Origin: an uncultured Erysipelotrichaceae bacterium
Lineage (GTDB): Bacteria; Bacillota_I; Bacilli_A; RF39; UBA660
Direction of reading: 5' to 3'
DNA length: 64,000 nucleotides
NCBI GenBank assembly: GCA_902795215.1
Contig: CADBKG010000010.1
Coordinates: 139 to 64,138 of the forward strand
Of this stretch, positions 50,404 through 59,372 are shown one piece after another. A program made the position numbers and the translations under genes. Below the pieces are notes generated by a model. It searched no databases. It saw only the letters and a list, made by a program, of their open reading frames with translations, and had not been told where the DNA came from. How positions within the stretch are numbered: the first letter of the stretch is position 1; each line of letters starts with the position of its first letter.

Positions 50404-52440
50404 CTAATTTCTAACATTCTTTTTTTCATATTTTGTATGAAGTAGTTCTTCGCTTTTTTTACTAAGAGGTTCTGTTAATAGTTCATCATATATTTTTTTG
50501 ACATTTTTATTTTTATATGAATATCTACAATCAAGTTTTTTATCTTTTGTTTTAAGCGAATTTGCTCTATTTTCTTTTACTTCATCTTCTTCTCCATTTT
50601 TATATATTGGTTGTCCTCCTCCACCAATACATCCACCACGACAATTCATCACTTCAATAAAATCATATTTTGATGTTCCGTTTTTGATTTCCTCTAAAAA
50701 AGGTATGGCATTAGCCATTTCATCGACTACTAAAACATTTAAATCAATATTTTTAAATTTATAATGACCTTCTCTAGCCCCATTATAACCTTGAATGTTT
50801 TTAAAGGTTATTTTATTTAAATCTTTTTTTGTTATTAAATAATGCGCAGTTCTAAGTGATGCTTCCATAACTCCCCCAGTATTACCAAATATCATACCAG
50901 CGCCTGACCCATCAGCAAGAGGTTTATTAAAGTCTTTTTCTTTTACGTTTTTAATATCTATATTAATCTTTTTTAAATAACTTATTAATTCTCTAACGGT
51001 TAAAACTAAATCTGTATTAGCATCTGGCTTTAGAATTTCATCTTTTTTCGCTGTGCATGGAGTGATTGCAACAGTATATATTTTATTTTTATCAATTTTG
51101 TTAATTTTAGCAAAGTATTCTTTTACTAGTGTTCCTTCTATTGCAATTGGACTTTTTGTTGTAGAAAGATGTGGAATTAACTCCGGATAAAAAGTTTCTA
51201 AATATCTAACCCAAGAAGGACAACAACTAGTCATCATTGGAAGAACTCCGCCTTCTTTTTTTCTCTTTATTAATTCAGATGCTTCTTCCATGATAGTCAT
51301 ATCTGCACCTAAAGTAACATCAAAGACATAATCAAAACCGATTTCTTTTAAAACTCCAACTAGTTTTTTTTCTAAGAATTTTCCTTTAGGGTAACCAAAA
51401 CCATCACCGATACTTACTCTAACTCCAGGGGCAGTATATGCAATGCATATCTTACCAGCTTTTTTTGCTTTTAAGAATTTATCTACTTCATTTTTAGGAA
51501 TAAGTGCATTTCGTGGACAAATGATACTGCATTGACCACAACCAACACAACCATATTTTTCTTTTTCAAGAGGCATTTGCTCTCTTTCGATACATGTTGT
51601 TTTACATAATCCACAATTGCAGCAGTTTAAATCTATTTTTTCAATGCAAGGATTATTATTTGATATTTTAACAGAATTATAAAGCATTTTAGGGTTAGTA
51701 TATTGCCCATGCTTTAAAGTTTTATTATCATATTGGATAGCAAATTTTGGACATCTATGTAAACAGCCTAAACACATAATGCATTTATCTTTATTCCAAA
51801 CAGGATGCCCATCTTTTATAGTAATAGCACCTACTGGGCAATTTTTTGCGCACATTTCACAACCTATACAAGTTGATTCGTTAACGTTTAAGTGACTTGT
51901 ATTTCTATATTTATTATAATTTTTATGATAACTAAGTCCTATTTTTTTTAATATTCGTCCGTTTATTAAATCTTTATGTTCTTTTAAAATGATTCTATCT
52001 ATAATATTATCTATCTTTTTATCAGCTTTATTTAATAATTTCTCGTTTTTATTTTTGTTTTTGACATCAAATATTGGTGTCCAAGTATCAACCATTTTTA
52101 CACAGTATCTTGCATCGAGCTTAATGTCTTTTTTTTCTAGTATATCATGTAACATATATTCAAATGCGCCTGGATTTGATCCATATGTTGCAACACAATA
52201 TACAAAATTATTTCCTTTTAGATTAATTTTAACTTCAGATAAGTATTCTTTAACAATTGATGGCAATCCAAAAAAATAGACAGGAGATACTATTCCAAGA
52301 TTTTCATCTTTTTTTAAAGACAATTCTTTTATATTATCGTTATTTAAATCTGTAATATTCAAGATTTTGTCACCAGTTTTTTTGGCAATTTTATATGCAA
52401 CATATCTTGAGTTTCCTACTCCTGAAAAAAATAGTATCAT
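50404..52440 (-). CDS. EFR1-type flavodoxin-ferredoxin fused to [FeFe]-hydrogenase
   Basis: FFSG.GNS flavodoxin, CIGC..C...CP / C..C.GC...CP, further Cys clusters, H-cluster motifs TSCCPSW, TPCTAKKDE, EVMNCRGGCIGGGGQ; start ATG 52440. Confidence 0.9.
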   Translation of the reverse strand: MILFFSGVGNSRYVAYKIAKKTGDKILNITDLNNDNIKELSLKKDENLGIVSPVYFFGLPSIVKEYLSEVKINLKGNNFVYCVATYGSNPGAFEYMLHDILEKKDIKLDARYCVKMVDTWTPIFDVKNKNKNEKLLNKADKKIDNIIDRIILKEHKDLINGRILKKIGLSYHKNYNKYRNTSHLNVNESTCIGCEMCAKNCPVGAITIKDGHPVWNKDKCIMCLGCLHRCPKFAIQYDNKTLKHGQYTNPKMLYNSVKISNNNPCIEKIDLNCCNCGLCKTTCIEREQMPLEKEKYGCVGCGQCSIICPRNALIPKNEVDKFLKAKKAGKICIAYTAPGVRVSIGDGFGYPKGKFLEKKLVGVLKEIGFDYVFDVTLGADMTIMEEASELIKRKKEGGVLPMMTSCCPSWVRYLETFYPELIPHLSTTKSPIAIEGTLVKEYFAKINKIDKNKIYTVAITPCTAKKDEILKPDANTDLVLTVRELISYLKKINIDIKNVKEKDFNKPLADGSGAGMIFGNTGGVMEASLRTAHYLITKKDLNKITFKNIQGYNGAREGHYKFKNIDLNVLVVDEMANAIPFLEEIKNGTSKYDFIEVMNCRGGCIGGGGQPIYKNGEEDEVKENRANSLKTKDKKLDCRYSYKNKNVKKIYDELLTEPLSKKSEELLHTKYEKKNVRN

Positions 52441-52502
52441 TACTGCACCCTCTTTTACTATTTTAATTATAACATAAACAATAAAAAAAGTGCATAATTG
52501 CA

Positions 52503-52742
52503 CTATAATTTTGTATTTATTTCTGGTATTAATACAAATGTAATATCATTATTTATAGAATTAAGGTCTCCTCTTAACTCATTAAAGAATTCCTCTTCAT
52601 ATATTTCATCGTTTACAATAATACTCTTACTTAATGCTGATTTAATCATTATTAATGGATTATCTAATTCATATGTTAAATTTCTAATTTGATATAATTG
52701 TTCTTTAAGCATTACATATTGTTGTCTTGGTATCTCTTCCAT
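52503..52742 (-). CDS. small helical protein in the T7SS locus
   Basis: 79 aa; 3 nt after the upstream stop. Confidence 0.65.
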   Translation of the reverse strand: MEEIPRQQYVMLKEQLYQIRNLTYELDNPLIMIKSALSKSIIVNDEIYEEEFFNELRGDLNSINNDITFVLIPEINTKL

Positions 52743-52745
52743 ATA

Positions 52746-53630
52746 CTACCACTTAGGCTGGTTCGCTTCGAAATTATCAGTGATTTTTTTGACTTTTTTA
52801 TCTGCTTTTTCGAACTCTTTATATCTAGATTTAACATATAAGATGATATTCTTGTTATTGTTGATTAAATTATTAACTGCTGTATTGATTTCAAGTTCCA
52901 AATCTTCTATAATCTCGTTATTAACTGAATCATATGAAATAAGCAAATCTCTAAAAGTATTATTAAATTTATTTAAATTTTCCGTTTGATCATTCGATAA
53001 TGCTTCAATTCTATCTAATATTTCTAATACTTCACTACTAATACCAACTCTACCACTAGTTATATCAATTACATCTAAGTTTTCAAATTGATATTGTTCT
53101 ATTGGAGCAATATCTATTGCTTTTAATCTTCTTTTAACTTCTAATTCAACTGAGTCAACAGATTCATAAACTTTTCTAACTGTATTTTTCATGGATAGAA
53201 CAGCTTTTTTGTTATTTTTAAAAGATTCTTTATTTTTTTCTAGAAGTTCTGTTTCATCTTTAAATTCTGTTATAGGTATAGATTTATAAATCCTGAGTAT
53301 TTTATCTATATTATCTATATAATTATCAAAACTTTTTAAAGTAGTATCTTTTAGACTAGTATCTATTTCAAAAGTTCTTCCATATCCAGAATATTCATCA
53401 TATATAAAAATATATGTTTTTCTTAATTTTTTAATATTTTGTATTAAATCACCTGCAAGAGATTGTTCTTTATTCATTACATCAAAAAAAGCGGTAGTAT
53501 AACTATCTTTCCAGTAATTGCTTAAATCATTAATATTTTTAAATAATTCAAAGAATATTCTCTCACAATCATTTAAACAATTTTTTAAAGAGGCAATATT
53601 GTTTTTTAATGCTATTGTTTTTACTCTCAC
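52746..53630 (-). CDS. elongated WXG100-like helical protein (T7SS-associated)
   Basis: L..YWKD....AFF at the WXG position; C-terminal FEKAD resembling YxxxD/E; GTG start after GGGTGA. Confidence 0.6.
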   Translation of the reverse strand: MRVKTIALKNNIASLKNCLNDCERIFFELFKNINDLSNYWKDSYTTAFFDVMNKEQSLAGDLIQNIKKLRKTYIFIYDEYSGYGRTFEIDTSLKDTTLKSFDNYIDNIDKILRIYKSIPITEFKDETELLEKNKESFKNNKKAVLSMKNTVRKVYESVDSVELEVKRRLKAIDIAPIEQYQFENLDVIDITSGRVGISSEVLEILDRIEALSNDQTENLNKFNNTFRDLLISYDSVNNEIIEDLELEINTAVNNLINNNKNIILYVKSRYKEFEKADKKVKKITDNFEANQPKW

Positions 53631-53657
53631 AAGAATCACCCTTTTTCTTTAAATAAA

Positions 53658-53680
53658 TGGAAATTATTAAATAATTTCCA
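53658..53680 (-). terminator. hairpin after the esxA-like gene
   Basis: TGGAAATTAT-TAA-ATAATTTCCA followed by T-rich sequence on the minus strand. Confidence 0.6.
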
Positions 53681-53699
53681 CTTAGTTAAGGAAAACTGA

Positions 53700-54368
53700 T
53701 TAGTTTCCTTGAGCTGCAACGTAAACGCTTTGATTAGCAGCAACGAATTCATTAATGTTTTTAGTTGCGTTTTCAACTACTGCTTCTGTTAAAGCTTCCA
53801 TTAAGTTTCTAGATTTAACATTTGCTTCTCTAATTGAATCAGATGCAGCTGACATTACTTCTTCAGTAAATGCAGTTGAAGAAGTAATTTGAGATTCAAT
53901 TGCAGAAAGATTATCTTTAATTGTTCCAAGATAAGTATTTACAATATTATTAAATTCTTGAGCTGCAGTAGAATCTGCTCCTTTTCTTCCTCCAATTTCC
54001 ATTTGGAATTCTGCAGTAGGTGGAGTGATATCAACATCAGTCCAGCTATAAGATTCTGTTCCGTGAGCTGCTTCATTTAAAGCTTCTCCAGCAGTCATTA
54101 AGAATCTACCAACGCTGTCAATATAATTGCGAACTTCGATTACTAGAGATTTGTATAGAGGCATGAAAGTGTCTCCAAAAGCTTTAGCTTGGTCAGAAGC
54201 CCATCTTTGAGTTAAATCGTTAATTGCTCTTGAAGTATCATCAATAGCACCAACTAGATTAGCAGAAGGTGATGCAATTCCATCGATTAATCCTCTTACT
54301 TGTTCTGGATCATAAGATACATCTAATTCTCCTGCAAAATTTTGAATGTTTAAATTCATTTTTGCCAT
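53700..54368 (-). CDS. double-length WXG100-like (EsxA-like) T7SS substrate
   Basis: V.YDPEQV, L...WAS..A.AF, two helical-hairpin-sized halves; AAGGAGG SD and own promoter. Confidence 0.65.
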   Translation of the reverse strand: MAKMNLNIQNFAGELDVSYDPEQVRGLIDGIASPSANLVGAIDDTSRAINDLTQRWASDQAKAFGDTFMPLYKSLVIEVRNYIDSVGRFLMTAGEALNEAAHGTESYSWTDVDITPPTAEFQMEIGGRKGADSTAAQEFNNIVNTYLGTIKDNLSAIESQITSSTAFTEEVMSAASDSIREANVKSRNLMEALTEAVVENATKNINEFVAANQSVYVAAQGN

Positions 54369-54417
54369 AATATTATTCCTCCTTCTAAGACGGTCGGCTT
54401 ACCATCTATCTAAATTG

Positions 54418-54446
54418 ATTGTAGCATAAAAATATGTTAGTTGCAA
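54418..54446 (-). promoter_or_regulatory. sigma-A promoter of the esxA-like gene
   Basis: TTGCAA-17-TACAAT with extended TG; 5'UTR hairpin AGATGGT/ACCGTCT. Confidence 0.7.
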
Positions 54447-54464
54447 TAAGTTGACACAACAATT

Positions 54465-54731
54465 TTACGTTTTCGTGTGTAAAAGAACTATTTCAGATGA
54501 ATTTCTAACATCTGTATCAAATATTATTTCGTTATTTCCATATATTTTTGCACTGTCTTTATTAATAAATACATATTCATTTGGATCTCCTAAAACCACT
54601 CCTGTTAAATCTGTGACTGATTTTATTATTAACGCTTTAATTTTCCAAACTAATTCATTAATTGGAATAAACATATCAAATGATTCATCAATTTCAGGAA
54701 TAATTAGTTTAATTAATACTTTATTGGTCAT
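54465..54731 (-). CDS. EsaB/YukD ubiquitin-like T7SS protein
   Basis: V.I.L..P....FD.FIP, V.N...I.L; overlaps the end of essC. Confidence 0.75.
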   Translation of the reverse strand: MTNKVLIKLIIPEIDESFDMFIPINELVWKIKALIIKSVTDLTGVVLGDPNEYVFINKDSAKIYGNNEIIFDTDVRNSSEIVLLHTKT

Positions 54732-57700
54732 TATCATCACCTGCTTTATTAGAAAAATCAATAAGTTTACATAGCATAGCTGTATCTTCTTCTATTACAT
54801 ATCCCATATCATTTGTAAGTCTTTGACTTAATTCTTTAGAGTAATTTGAGTATTTTAACAATCCTTGTTCAGTAATACCGTTACCATACCAAATACCATC
54901 ACTTAAACTAAATATGCTTTGGAACCATGTTTCAAATGTATAAGCCTTTATTTTCTTATTAGTATCACAGATTACAATAGACATTTTTTCATATTTTTTA
55001 ACTGCTTGACATAAATCTGCGACAACATTAGTGTTTTCTAATGCTTTAATATATTTTTCTATTCCATATATTAGTATTACACCTTCTTGATTAGATTTTT
55101 CACTGATTAGTTTATTAACATAAGCTATTAAACTCTCAGTAATTTTAGTTAAATTATCGGTATAATAGTTTTGAAATAATTCTTTATTAATATCTAATGC
55201 TTTTGATGCGTCAATTATAATTACGTTTAGATTTTGAATATATCTAAATGTAATAAGCAGACTTTTAACAAAATTTTCTATATACTCTATTTTATTGGCA
55301 CTTATTATATTTCCTAAATTAGCAAGGAAATTGTATTTTATAGTGCTTAATTCTGCTTTATTAATACCAACTGGAACAGAAGATAATGTCGAAATGTCTT
55401 TAGATATAACATCAAATGAAACAATATCCGGAACAGTTGGAATTGTTTTCGCTTTAGCTTTTTGTTCTGATTCAACTTGTTTAACAAATTCTGATAAGTA
55501 ATCTGGTAAGGTTTCGGCCTTTTCTACTATGCTGACAGTCTGGAATTCATGAAGATCATCCATCATAAGTACTCCCCTACCATTAATATCTCTAGGAACA
55601 GTTTTGCTCTTTGTGTTAAATAGCATTTTATAATCTCCATCATCCTTAAGTTTATAAGCATAAGAAGTTTTGAAGTTAGCGCTTACCTTACCTCTAATAG
55701 AACTTATACCATTACATGTCATAATGTACACTATTCCAAGTCTTTCAGAGTCTCTAGTTATATTAGGCAAAATTTCAAATAAATTTTGATTTGTTTCATA
55801 AATAGAATCATAATTATTTAAAATTACTACTATCAACGGAAGTTTCTTGTCAGAGAACTTAATATAATTTTTATATTCTCCGTTATAATCCGCAAATAAT
55901 CTTTTTCTTCTTGCTGTTTCTTCTGTTAGTAATTTAAATAGATTATTATATTTTTCATCTTCTCCAATATAAACTGATCCACCAAAATGAGGAAGTTTAT
56001 TATATACTCTTAAAGCTTCTGAACCATAATCTATAGCATAGAAATTTAATTCCTCAGGAGAATAATTCTTAACACTTGAGAATACAAGGGCATTAAGAAG
56101 CATTTCTCTTTCGATAGAATCATTTCCATATATTACAGTGTTTCCAGCGTTCAAGAAATTATGTATTACAACACCTTGTTCTTGTTTTTCAGGAGCATCA
56201 TATTCACCAATTATAGATTCTACATTGTAATTTTCCTTTTGGAAACCATATTTTTTGGCAACGTTTTCTTCTAAAATGATTTCTGGAATATTATCAAGCC
56301 ATAGCTTTCTTGCAAAAGTATTAGAACTTGTTGATACTTCTATTATGTTATCTAAAATATTAGTTATCTGTTCTCCTTTAGCTTCACCTTTTACTTGTTG
56401 GTTGTTTGAAGCTTGTATGCTTTTTATAAACTGTCCACAGTCATTTAAGAAGTTAATACTTTTATCCACAGTTTTAACTATTTTATCTGATGGGAAGTAT
56501 TTTGCACCAGCCCATGCAGACTGACCTAATACATATAATTCGTCATATCCTACTTGTAAGTAAAATCTACCAGTTTCTTTAATTGCGGCAGCATCAGGTT
56601 TTTTTAACATTTCCTTTGAATCCGCTGCATCTTGTACTTTTAGACATACTCTAAATTTAGTATTTGACCAAATTTGATCAGTAACTATACCAGAAGGTTT
56701 TTGAGTTGCAAGTATTAAGTGAACTCCAAGTGAACGACCTATACGCGCAGTACTAATTAGAGAGTCCATAAAATCTGGTTGTTGGCTTTTTAGTTCTGCA
56801 AACTCATCACATATTATAAATAAATGAGGAATAGGTTCATTAATTCTTCCTTCATGATAAAATCTTTGATATTTATAAATATCTATTGTACTTTCTCCTA
56901 AAGCATCTCTAGCTTCATTAAACATAGTTTGTCTACGCTTTAATTCACTATCTATACTTACTAATGTTCTATCCATTTCAGCTTTATCTAAGTTTGTAAT
57001 AGTACCTGCTAGGTGTGGTAGAACTTTTCCAGTAGCTTTGTTTTCAAAAGCAAAAGCAAGGCCACCACCTTTGTAGTCAATAAGTATAAATGATACATCT
57101 TCAGGACTATAGTTAATACACATAGAAAGAATATAAGTAATTATAAATTCTGATTTACCTGAACCTGTAGTACCTGCAATAAGTCCATGAGGGCCATGTT
57201 CTTTTTCATGTAAGTCTAGATATATCAAATCATTTTGAGGATTAATACCAACTTCTGCTTTAAGACTTTGAGTAGAATCATTAGTTCTCCATCTATTTAA
57301 AATGTTTAACTGTTCAACTTTACCTACTTTTTCCATTTCTAAAAATGATACCATTTCTGGTAATTTTGCATTACCATCGCTGCTTTCAAATTCGATTGGA
57401 ATATTAGAAATAATTTTTGCAACATTCATCATATTAATGTTATATCTAACTTCATCCGTAAAGCTTGTTTGCTCTTGTCTTTCATAAGCATTTTGAAGTA
57501 TACCACTAGTTCTTTCACCAATTGTAATAAAGTTATTACACTTACTAGGAAGTTTAGAAAGTCTATTTTCAATTAAAACAACACTCATACCAAAATTAGG
57601 TAATTCTGTTAGATTTCTAATAAAATCATATTTTTTGATTCTACTATAATTATCAATAATTATTAAATAATATGGAGTATATGGACCACTTTCTGGTTTT

Positions 57701-59298
57701 CTTTCACCAGCTTCTTGTCTTTGATTTAAGACATTTTCAAGATATGTAAGTAATATTTTTGATGTTTCATCAGTTGATGAAAAAAATCTAAAATCTCTTT
57801 CATTGGTAAAATTATGATTTAAATACTTTATATAGTCCCATTCTACTTCATTTGTTTCATCTGTAAAGACTACAAGTTTTAAATCCTCATAACTGTAGAA
57901 TGAAATAAGTTGTAAAATAATATTATTCATAAAAGCATAGCATTTATTTCTTTCCCCCATTATAGCCGTAACCATATTTTGATAGAAAGAGTAACTCATT
58001 GGTGCATCTTTTATATATTTATATTTTTTTCTTAATTCATTAACCTTTTTTTGCAATTCAGTTTCTTCTAGAGTGAATCCTCTGTCTGGATCAGCAATTT
58101 TAGCTGCAAGAGGAGGATTTCCTTTACCTATTCTAGCAAGCAAAAAATCACTTTGGTCAGAACGTTTATTCCAAAATGGAAATTGTTTGTTCATAATCAT
58201 ATTAATGCATTCATCAAGTGTAACTAAATTTTCTATAAGAATATCTTTTTGCAATTTTGATTCGTCCATTAGTTCTTTTTCTTTTTCTTCTAGATATGCA
58301 GTATATTTTTCTATAATTTCTTTTTTCTTTTGTTTTCTTCTTCTCTTGTTGTATCTTCTAGATAGGGTTGGCCATAGAAGCATTGAAGAAAGCATAGCAA
58401 AACTTGTTATAAGCGAAGGCCATGATCTAGCAAAAGTTGTTGTTCCATTAGTTAACTGAATCATGACATTTAATACAGATGCCATTGAACTCATACCCAT
58501 CATAAGCATTGGTCCAATAGTTAAAATAAGTGGAAGTTCTTCGGGATCACCAGTGTTAGGTGGCTCACTTAGCCTAAATTCTTTCATTTCTATAACTCTT
58601 CTTATACGAGGAGATTTTGAAAAATAACTATCAGGATTATATAATTCCCTATCTTTTACAACTATATCTTCTGGTTGAACACCAGCATTAATTAAGTAAC
58701 TAGTTAAATTAGTTGCATTACCAATTCTAATAGAATCTCTTGGACAGCAAAAAATCAAAACACCCTTTAAGAACATGATGTTTAAACCAAATATATTTAT
58801 TTGATCACCGGTTTTAATGCTATATCCGCCATTTTTTATTGCAATATAATTAACATATACTTTAGTTGTACCATTGTTTTCAAGAACTAATTCATTATTT
58901 TTATAGCTAATTACTACATTTTCATCGCCTAAATATGGGCAATTATAGTATACAGAAGAGTTTTCATTCTTTCCAATAGATAAATATAAATTTTGATAAA
59001 ATGTATATAAACTAGTAACATTTGTTGTAATATCACTAGTATAAACTACGTAATTTTTATTGTTTCTACTTACTACATAATAAGTATTTGTTAAAAGAGG
59101 AGCGTTATCTACAAAGCCACCATTATATCCGACTTTAACATCATCTGTAGAATATATAACCCATTTACCCTCCCTAGCTTCTACGTTTACTAATTTTGTT
59201 TCTTCGTTATTATTTTCATCAAAACTAAAACTACCAGAAACTTCTGAAGGAAGGGAAAAGCTAAGCATTTTGTTGTCTAAAAATAAATATATTTTCAT
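54721..59298 (-). CDS. essC: type VII secretion ATPase EssC
   Basis: N-terminal FHA-like region, F..SPR, two TMs, LDLHEK.HGPHGLIAGTTGSGKSE, DYKGG, DEFAELK, ARIGRSLGVHLILATQKP; start ATG 59298. Confidence 0.95.
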   Translation of the reverse strand: MKIYLFLDNKMLSFSLPSEVSGSFSFDENNNEETKLVNVEAREGKWVIYSTDDVKVGYNGGFVDNAPLLTNTYYVVSRNNKNYVVYTSDITTNVTSLYTFYQNLYLSIGKNENSSVYYNCPYLGDENVVISYKNNELVLENNGTTKVYVNYIAIKNGGYSIKTGDQINIFGLNIMFLKGVLIFCCPRDSIRIGNATNLTSYLINAGVQPEDIVVKDRELYNPDSYFSKSPRIRRVIEMKEFRLSEPPNTGDPEELPLILTIGPMLMMGMSSMASVLNVMIQLTNGTTTFARSWPSLITSFAMLSSMLLWPTLSRRYNKRRRKQKKKEIIEKYTAYLEEKEKELMDESKLQKDILIENLVTLDECINMIMNKQFPFWNKRSDQSDFLLARIGKGNPPLAAKIADPDRGFTLEETELQKKVNELRKKYKYIKDAPMSYSFYQNMVTAIMGERNKCYAFMNNIILQLISFYSYEDLKLVVFTDETNEVEWDYIKYLNHNFTNERDFRFFSSTDETSKILLTYLENVLNQRQEAGERKPESGPYTPYYLIIIDNYSRIKKYDFIRNLTELPNFGMSVVLIENRLSKLPSKCNNFITIGERTSGILQNAYERQEQTSFTDEVRYNINMMNVAKIISNIPIEFESSDGNAKLPEMVSFLEMEKVGKVEQLNILNRWRTNDSTQSLKAEVGINPQNDLIYLDLHEKEHGPHGLIAGTTGSGKSEFIITYILSMCINYSPEDVSFILIDYKGGGLAFAFENKATGKVLPHLAGTITNLDKAEMDRTLVSIDSELKRRQTMFNEARDALGESTIDIYKYQRFYHEGRINEPIPHLFIICDEFAELKSQQPDFMDSLISTARIGRSLGVHLILATQKPSGIVTDQIWSNTKFRVCLKVQDAADSKEMLKKPDAAAIKETGRFYLQVGYDELYVLGQSAWAGAKYFPSDKIVKTVDKSINFLNDCGQFIKSIQASNNQQVKGEAKGEQITNILDNIIEVSTSSNTFARKLWLDNIPEIILEENVAKKYGFQKENYNVESIIGEYDAPEKQEQGVVIHNFLNAGNTVIYGNDSIEREMLLNALVFSSVKNYSPEELNFYAIDYGSEALRVYNKLPHFGGSVYIGEDEKYNNLFKLLTEETARRKRLFADYNGEYKNYIKFSDKKLPLIVVILNNYDSIYETNQNLFEILPNITRDSERLGIVYIMTCNGISSIRGKVSANFKTSYAYKLKDDGDYKMLFNTKSKTVPRDINGRGVLMMDDLHEFQTVSIVEKAETLPDYLSEFVKQVESEQKAKAKTIPTVPDIVSFDVISKDISTLSSVPVGINKAELSTIKYNFLANLGNIISANKIEYIENFVKSLLITFRYIQNLNVIIIDASKALDINKELFQNYYTDNLTKITESLIAYVNKLISEKSNQEGVILIYGIEKYIKALENTNVVADLCQAVKKYEKMSIVICDTNKKIKAYTFETWFQSIFSLSDGIWYGNGITEQGLLKYSNYSKELSQRLTNDMGYVIEEDTAMLCKLIDFSNKAGDDNDQ

Positions 59299-59349
59299 TG
59301 ATGAGCCCCTTTCTATTATATATAAAAATGATACCATAAATAACAAAAA

Positions 59350-59372
59350 AAGTCACTATTTTTGTGACTTTT
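59350..59372 (-). terminator. terminator between the histidine kinase gene and essC
   Basis: AAGTCAC-TATTTTT-GTGACTT with A/T tracts. Confidence 0.6.
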
